The translations under genes were made by a program, and so were the position numbers. Under the pieces are notes generated by a model. That model ran no database searches. It was not told the origin of the DNA and saw nothing but the letters and a program-made list of their open reading frames with translations. This document shows, one piece after another, positions 59,606 through 64,000 of a stretch of 64,000 bases of DNA. Source of the DNA: an uncultured Thermoanaerobaculia bacterium (GTDB lineage: Bacteria > Acidobacteriota > Thermoanaerobaculia > Thermoanaerobaculales > Sulfomarinibacteraceae); contig CAZSTH010000004.1 in the NCBI GenBank assembly GCA_964609835.1, forward strand, positions 3,578-67,577, read 5' to 3'. Position 1 is the stretch's first letter. Each line of letters starts with the position of its first letter.

Positions 59606-60250
59606 GTGCGACTCGTAATTCTGACCCTCATCCTGTTGAGCACCAGTCACTTCACTGCTGCAGAAGAGGACTGGTCGACGGTCGAGGAAGTGCTCGCGGT
59701 GGTCGGTACCACGCCGATCCTCCACAGCGACATCCTGCTCGCCGAAGCGATCGCTCTCAGCCCCCACGATCCGCTCGAATCGCGGGAGGCTTACCGGCGG
59801 CGCCTTTTGCAGGCACGCATCCGGCTCGAGGTCCAGTTTCGGGACCTCGAAGAGAGCGGGCTGCTCTTCCGCCTCGAGATCGATGCCGAGACGGTTCGAC
59901 GCGCCCTGGTCGCCCGCGCCGGCGGCCGCGAGGAGCTCGCCGCGCACCTCTACCGGCAGGGCCTGATCGAGGCCGACCTCGACGAGCTCGCGCTGCGGGT
60001 CGCGGCCGTCGATGCCTACGTCGAGCAGCGGCTCCGGCCCCGGGTCACGGTGACCATCGGCGAGGTGGAGACCGCCTACCAGGAGCTGCTGGTCAACCAG
60101 GTCGCGGCTTCCGACGAGCCGGTACCGCCCCTGGCCTCGGTTCGCGACCGCCTCTACCGCCTGCTGGTGGAGCGAAAGCTCAATGAGGAGATCGACCGGT
60201 GGCTCGCGCGGGCGGAGGCCAGGCAGGAGGTGACGCGCTTCGGCGGCTGA
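59606..60250 (+). CDS. Secreted SurA N-terminal-like chaperone domain protein
   Basis: Signal peptide, VEEVLAVVG.TPIL.SDI, VTIGEVETAY, LASVRDRL...L.ERK pattern; no PPIase domain seen. Confidence 0.65.
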   Translation: MRLVILTLILLSTSHFTAAEEDWSTVEEVLAVVGTTPILHSDILLAEAIALSPHDPLESREAYRRRLLQARIRLEVQFRDLEESGLLFRLEIDAETVRRALVARAGGREELAAHLYRQGLIEADLDELALRVAAVDAYVEQRLRPRVTVTIGEVETAYQELLVNQVAASDEPVPPLASVRDRLYRLLVERKLNEEIDRWLARAEARQEVTRFGG

Positions 60251-60260
60251 ACCGCTGCCG

Positions 60261-62477
60261 TCAGCGGTCCAGTGAGTCCGGCGTCAGACTCGCGGGCGTC
60301 TTTTCTGAGCCGTACAGCTCGGCGTAGCGGCTCGCCCCGGCGAGGACATTCGCCGTGTAGGTGCGAGTCGACGAGAACGAAATGATGACCAGATAGACCG
60401 CGTCGCTACATCCCCGTCCGCACTGTTCGAGCCACAATCTGGCCTGGGCCTCACCGGCGTTGTACGCCGCCACTGCGGGTGCGCGGCGGCCGCCGAATGC
60501 CGCTACCAGCCGCGACAGCTCGGTCGCACCGAGCTCGAGGTTGAGGCCGGCATCGAAGAGGTCGTCGGGCTCGGGCCGCGCCCGCCCGAGGCGAGACGCC
60601 ACCGTCGCCGCGGTCTCCGGCATCAGCTGCAGCAGTCCGCGTGCACCGGCGGCCGACAGTGCGCGGCGGTCCCACCGGGACTCCTCCCGGGCGACGGCGG
60701 CGAGCAGCGGCCACTCCACGCCTGCCGCGGCACCGGCTGCACGCACGTTCTCCGACATCGGCAGGGGATACAGCGACTGCCGCAACGACTCTGGAAGCAG
60801 GTCCTCGGGGACCTGCGAACCCGCCTGCCTCCAGGCAAAGTCCGCGACTCGCGTCGCTCGCCACGGGAGGCCGAGCTCGGCAAACCGGGCGGCGCTCCAG
60901 GCCGACGCGGCCGAAGAGGAGCCAGGAAATCCCGTGGGGTCCCAGCGCGCCGCCTCGGCCTCGAGCCCGAGCCGCCACAGTTCGGCTGCGAGGCCCGGAT
61001 CGAAGTCGGGCACCCAGGCCTCGGGCTCAGCAAAGGACTCAGCGACGACCTGCCGCTGCAGCGCGGCCCGAACCGTCGGTTCGGGCTCGAGCGCGCCCCA
61101 CTGCCCGAGCGCCCTCCAGCGCGAGTGCTCCGACTTCGAGGTCACGTCGATCCGTCGGTCGCCTCGCCACGCCTCCAGGCGCTCCCGCGGCAACGAGGCC
61201 ATCACCGTTCGCGCCTGTGCGACCCAGAAGCCGTCCAGACGGAGGGCGGCATCCTGGAGCGCAGCCACCGCGTCTGCTCCGCGGCCCTGACCGAGGGCGA
61301 GGCTCGCGCCCATGATTGCGGCGGGACCGGACCACGTTCGGCCGCGGACCCGACCGAAATGGGCGGCTGCGGTTTCGCCGTCGCCCCGGTTCAGGGCGTC
61401 GACCCCCAGGATCATCTGTCCGCGGTCCTTCGAGGCTCGCGAACGCAGACGCGAAATGCCCAGTCGAGCGAGCTCCGCCTCCCCTCGCCGCAGACGGAGG
61501 CGCGCGAGAAACAGCCGCCGCTCGTCGCTGGTGTCGAAGCGCAACGCGCGCACCGCCGACTCAACCGCCGCATCGAGGTCGCCGGCGAGCTCGCGCGCCC
61601 GGCCGAGATGGACCTCGTACTCGGCCCGCCGCGCGTTCGAGGTGGCCAGTGCTATCGCCCTCGCGTACCAGTCAGCGGCCTCGTCCCAGCGCCCGAGCCG
61701 GAACGCACAGCGTCCGCGCAGAAAACATGCATGATCACGGCGAACCCCGTCGAGGTCACCTCCCGCCAAGCCCTCGAGCAGAGTCTCTGCCCGGGGATAC
61801 ATGGCGTGCCAGTACCAGGTCGCGGCGACCCGCCAGCGCTCCAACGAGCTCGGTTCGGGCATCTTCGCCAGCCGTTCGGCGGCCTCGAGTGCCACGAGGT
61901 CGCGCATCGATTCCGCCAGCATCTTCTCCAGGCGCACCCGCTGCTCGTCACCCACTTCCACGAACGCGAGCGCCAGCTTCAGCCGGCGCTCGAGCGAGTC
62001 GGTCAACCGCGGCGCCGCCCGCTCGAGGCTCCTGGTCCGCGCCGAGTCGATGCCGCGCGCCACGGCTTCGATTGCCACATTCGCCGCCAGCTCCCGCAGC
62101 GGCCAGGGCAGCTCGCGACCGAATGATCCCATCGCCAGATCCACCGCCCGGCCGGGATCGTCATCGACCATCAGCCGCGCGAGCTGCACGCGAGCCAGCC
62201 GGCCGAGCTCGGTCGCCTCGACGGCTGCCGCCGCAAGGAACCGTTCCTCGGTCCCCGAGTCGCCCAGCATCCGCGACGCGTGAGCAGCGAGGAACACCTC
62301 CTCCTGCGACAGCGGCAGCTGCCCCTCGCGGCGCAGCGCCACCTCCAGCACGCGGTCCCAGCGGCCGGCGGCCGCCAGCTCGATGAGCGAACCGGCCGCG
62401 AGCGCAGTGGTCGTAAACACCACCGCGGCAGCGGCCCCGAAAATCGACCCGACAACCGTGATCCTGACGCTTCTCAT
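60261..62477 (-). CDS. slt: Soluble lytic transglycosylase with helical/TPR N-terminus
   Basis: AVAREES, SAAGARGLLQLMP.TA, AAYNAG; signal-like N-terminus from ATG 62477. Confidence 0.85.
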   Translation of the reverse strand: MRSVRITVVGSIFGAAAAVVFTTTALAAGSLIELAAAGRWDRVLEVALRREGQLPLSQEEVFLAAHASRMLGDSGTEERFLAAAAVEATELGRLARVQLARLMVDDDPGRAVDLAMGSFGRELPWPLRELAANVAIEAVARGIDSARTRSLERAAPRLTDSLERRLKLALAFVEVGDEQRVRLEKMLAESMRDLVALEAAERLAKMPEPSSLERWRVAATWYWHAMYPRAETLLEGLAGGDLDGVRRDHACFLRGRCAFRLGRWDEAADWYARAIALATSNARRAEYEVHLGRARELAGDLDAAVESAVRALRFDTSDERRLFLARLRLRRGEAELARLGISRLRSRASKDRGQMILGVDALNRGDGETAAAHFGRVRGRTWSGPAAIMGASLALGQGRGADAVAALQDAALRLDGFWVAQARTVMASLPRERLEAWRGDRRIDVTSKSEHSRWRALGQWGALEPEPTVRAALQRQVVAESFAEPEAWVPDFDPGLAAELWRLGLEAEAARWDPTGFPGSSSAASAWSAARFAELGLPWRATRVADFAWRQAGSQVPEDLLPESLRQSLYPLPMSENVRAAGAAAGVEWPLLAAVAREESRWDRRALSAAGARGLLQLMPETAATVASRLGRARPEPDDLFDAGLNLELGATELSRLVAAFGGRRAPAVAAYNAGEAQARLWLEQCGRGCSDAVYLVIISFSSTRTYTANVLAGASRYAELYGSEKTPASLTPDSLDR

Positions 62478-62499
62478 GCGGAGACAAGCAGAGGTCCGG

Positions 62500-62645
62500 G
62501 GGGGATAGGTGGCATCCCCCGATGGTACTATCGACGACCGACCGGCGACACCGCACTCGTGGTTCAACCGGCCCACCACCAGTTGGCGAAGAGTGCCAGC
62601 ACCTCGAGCCACGGCGGTTTCCGGCAGCTCACGATATCCACGTCG
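62500..62645 (-). ncRNA. Candidate structured RNA or leader upstream of slt
   Basis: Nested complementary segments forming a roughly 120-nt rod plus a GGGGGAT/ATCCCCC hairpin; no recognised family. Confidence 0.3.
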
Positions 62646-62651
62646 AGAACC

Positions 62652-62659
62652 AGTATAAT
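62652..62659. promoter_or_regulatory. Overlapping -10 elements TATAAT (+) and TATACT (-)
   Basis: agtataat in the divergent slt/trxB gap. Confidence 0.6.
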
Positions 62660-62770
62660 GAGCGGCCACGAGCGGGCGGCGTCTACCCGCTCCCGGTCGA
62701 GCACCTGGCGTCGTGCCCTGGCCTCGAGAGCCCGCCCGGCGCCGCAGCACCATACAAGCGGAGACATTCC

Positions 62771-63715
62771 ATGAGTGAACAACACGTCAAGGTCCTGATC
62801 ATCGGTTCCGGGCCCGCCGGTCTCACCGCGGCCATCTATGCGGCCCGCGCCGACCTCGACCCGCTCGTCATCGAGGGGATGCAACCCGGCGGACAGCTCA
62901 CGATCACGACCGACGTCGAGAACTTCCCCGGGTTCCCCGACGGCATCCTCGGTCCCGAGCTCATGCAGGTCACCAAGAAGCAGGCCGAGCGCTTCGGCAC
63001 GCGCTTCATCTTCGACCAGGTGACCTCGGTCGGGCTCGAGACGCGCCCGTTCACCGCCACCACCGAGAGCCACGGCGAGCTGACCGCGGACGCGCTGATC
63101 ATCGCCAGCGGAGCCTCGGCCAAGCTCCTCGGCCTGCCGTCGGAGTCGCAGCTGATGGGCTTCGGGGTGTCGGCCTGCGCGACCTGTGACGGGTTCTTCT
63201 TCCGCGACAAGGAGATCGCCGTCGTCGGGGGCGGCGACAGCGCCATGGAGGAGGCCACCTTCCTGACCAAGTTCGCGTCCAGGGTCACGGTGGTGCACCG
63301 CCGCGACGAGCTGCGGGCCTCCAAGATCATGCAACAGCGGGCGTTCGACAATCCCAAGATCCACTTCGAGTGGAACTCGGAGGTCATCGAGATCATCGGC
63401 AGCCGGGACGGCGGCGTGACGGCCGTCCGACTGCAAGACACCGTCAGCGGCGACGAGCGCGAGTATCCGACCCAGGGGGTGTTCCTGGCCATCGGGCACC
63501 GTCCCAACACCGAGATCTTCGCGGGCTTGCTCGACATGGACGATGTCGGCTACATCCAGACCGTCGCCGGGACCACCCGCACCAGCGTCGAAGGCGTCTG
63601 GGCGTGCGGCGATGCCCAGGACGCGGTCTATCGGCAGGCGGTCACGGCCGCCGGTACCGGCTGCATGGCCGCCATCGAGGCCGAGCGCTGGCTGGCAGAG
63701 AAGGGCATCGAGTAG
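62771..63715 (+). CDS. trxB: Thioredoxin-disulfide reductase
   Basis: IIGSGPAG, GGQLTIT.DVENFPGF, CATCDG, GGGDSAMEEA, RQAVTAAGTGC. Confidence 0.97.
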   Translation: MSEQHVKVLIIGSGPAGLTAAIYAARADLDPLVIEGMQPGGQLTITTDVENFPGFPDGILGPELMQVTKKQAERFGTRFIFDQVTSVGLETRPFTATTESHGELTADALIIASGASAKLLGLPSESQLMGFGVSACATCDGFFFRDKEIAVVGGGDSAMEEATFLTKFASRVTVVHRRDELRASKIMQQRAFDNPKIHFEWNSEVIEIIGSRDGGVTAVRLQDTVSGDEREYPTQGVFLAIGHRPNTEIFAGLLDMDDVGYIQTVAGTTRTSVEGVWACGDAQDAVYRQAVTAAGTGCMAAIEAERWLAEKGIE

Positions 63716-63789
63716 AACCGGAATCTACTCCAACCACGGGGTGTTATGCTCGTTATCCGCGCCTAGCGCGTGGTCACACAGGAGGCACG

Positions 63790-64000
63790 ATGATCTCGTT
63801 TTCAGAGAAGGCCGTCGCGAAGGTCCAGGAATTCGCCGCCCAGATGCCGGAGGCGAACGGCAAGAGGCTGCGGATCTTCATCCAGGGCGTCGGCTGCTCG
63901 GGTTTTTCCTACGGCTTCACCTTCGACGACCAGCGCGAAGGCGACACCACGATCGAACAGGGCGACCTCGAGGTCCTCATCGACCACAACTCGGCGCCGC
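63790..64000 (+). CDS. A-type Fe-S cluster carrier (IscA/ErpA/HesB family), partial
   Basis: Read by hand: MISFSEKAVAKVQE..LRIFIQGVGCSGFSYGFTFD; GGAGG SD; TGtTATGCT upstream. Confidence 0.92.
   Translation, partial: MISFSEKAVAKVQEFAAQMPEANGKRLRIFIQGVGCSGFSYGFTFDDQREGDTTIEQGDLEVLIDHNSAP

Noticed and set aside
62500-62645. SRP RNA, 6S RNA or tRNA-Sec identity for the structured element
   Set aside because: Lacks the SRP GGAA-loop motif, a clear 6S central bubble and tRNA arms
62771-64000. Selenoproteins (TrxB, HesB-like) given the presence of selA
   Set aside because: The visible catalytic positions are ordinary Cys codons (CATC, GCSG); no in-frame TGA

Overview
High-GC bacterial chromosomal segment. 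The acidobacterial-type VWA protein, the MXAN_5187-like protein and the GspG-like pilin suggest Acidobacteriota, probably Thermoanaerobaculia-like (inference, not a database result). Left flank (1-15.4 kb): ECF sigma/zinc anti-sigma/bactofilin-like operon, VWA protein, acyl-CoA carboxylase operon with a coupled double-domain aspartyl protease, tldD/tldE, ychF, TPR and MXAN_5187-like genes, selA. Centre (15.4-57.5 kb, almost all minus strand): a roughly 42 kb surface-glycosylation superlocus. It holds a sigma54-driven type IV pilin, two O-oligosaccharyltransferase/ligase-like genes, a YfhO-like GT-C protein, a membrane-fused spermidine-synthase-like protein, CDP-3,6-dideoxyhexose genes (rfbFGH plus a reductase), asnB, two Wzm/Wzt pairs, FkbM methyltransferases, about 12 glycosyltransferase genes, a WecA-like initiator and prepilin peptidase pilD. 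Inside it a visibly lower-GC block (about 21.9-46.9 kb) carries intact low-GC glycosyltransferases beside decaying high-GC paralogues. Right flank: LpoA/LivK-like lipoprotein, rsmI, SurA-like protein, Slt, trxB and the start of an IscA/ErpA gene. Non-coding highlights: symmetric bidirectional -10 promoters with apparently leaderless GTG starts, a GTGG-footed REP doublet, GGCGGT-type repeat tracts between convergent genes, and a structured element upstream of slt. No rRNA, tRNA, CRISPR array or transposase was seen. All calls come from motif recognition by eye; GC statements are visual impressions, not computed values.
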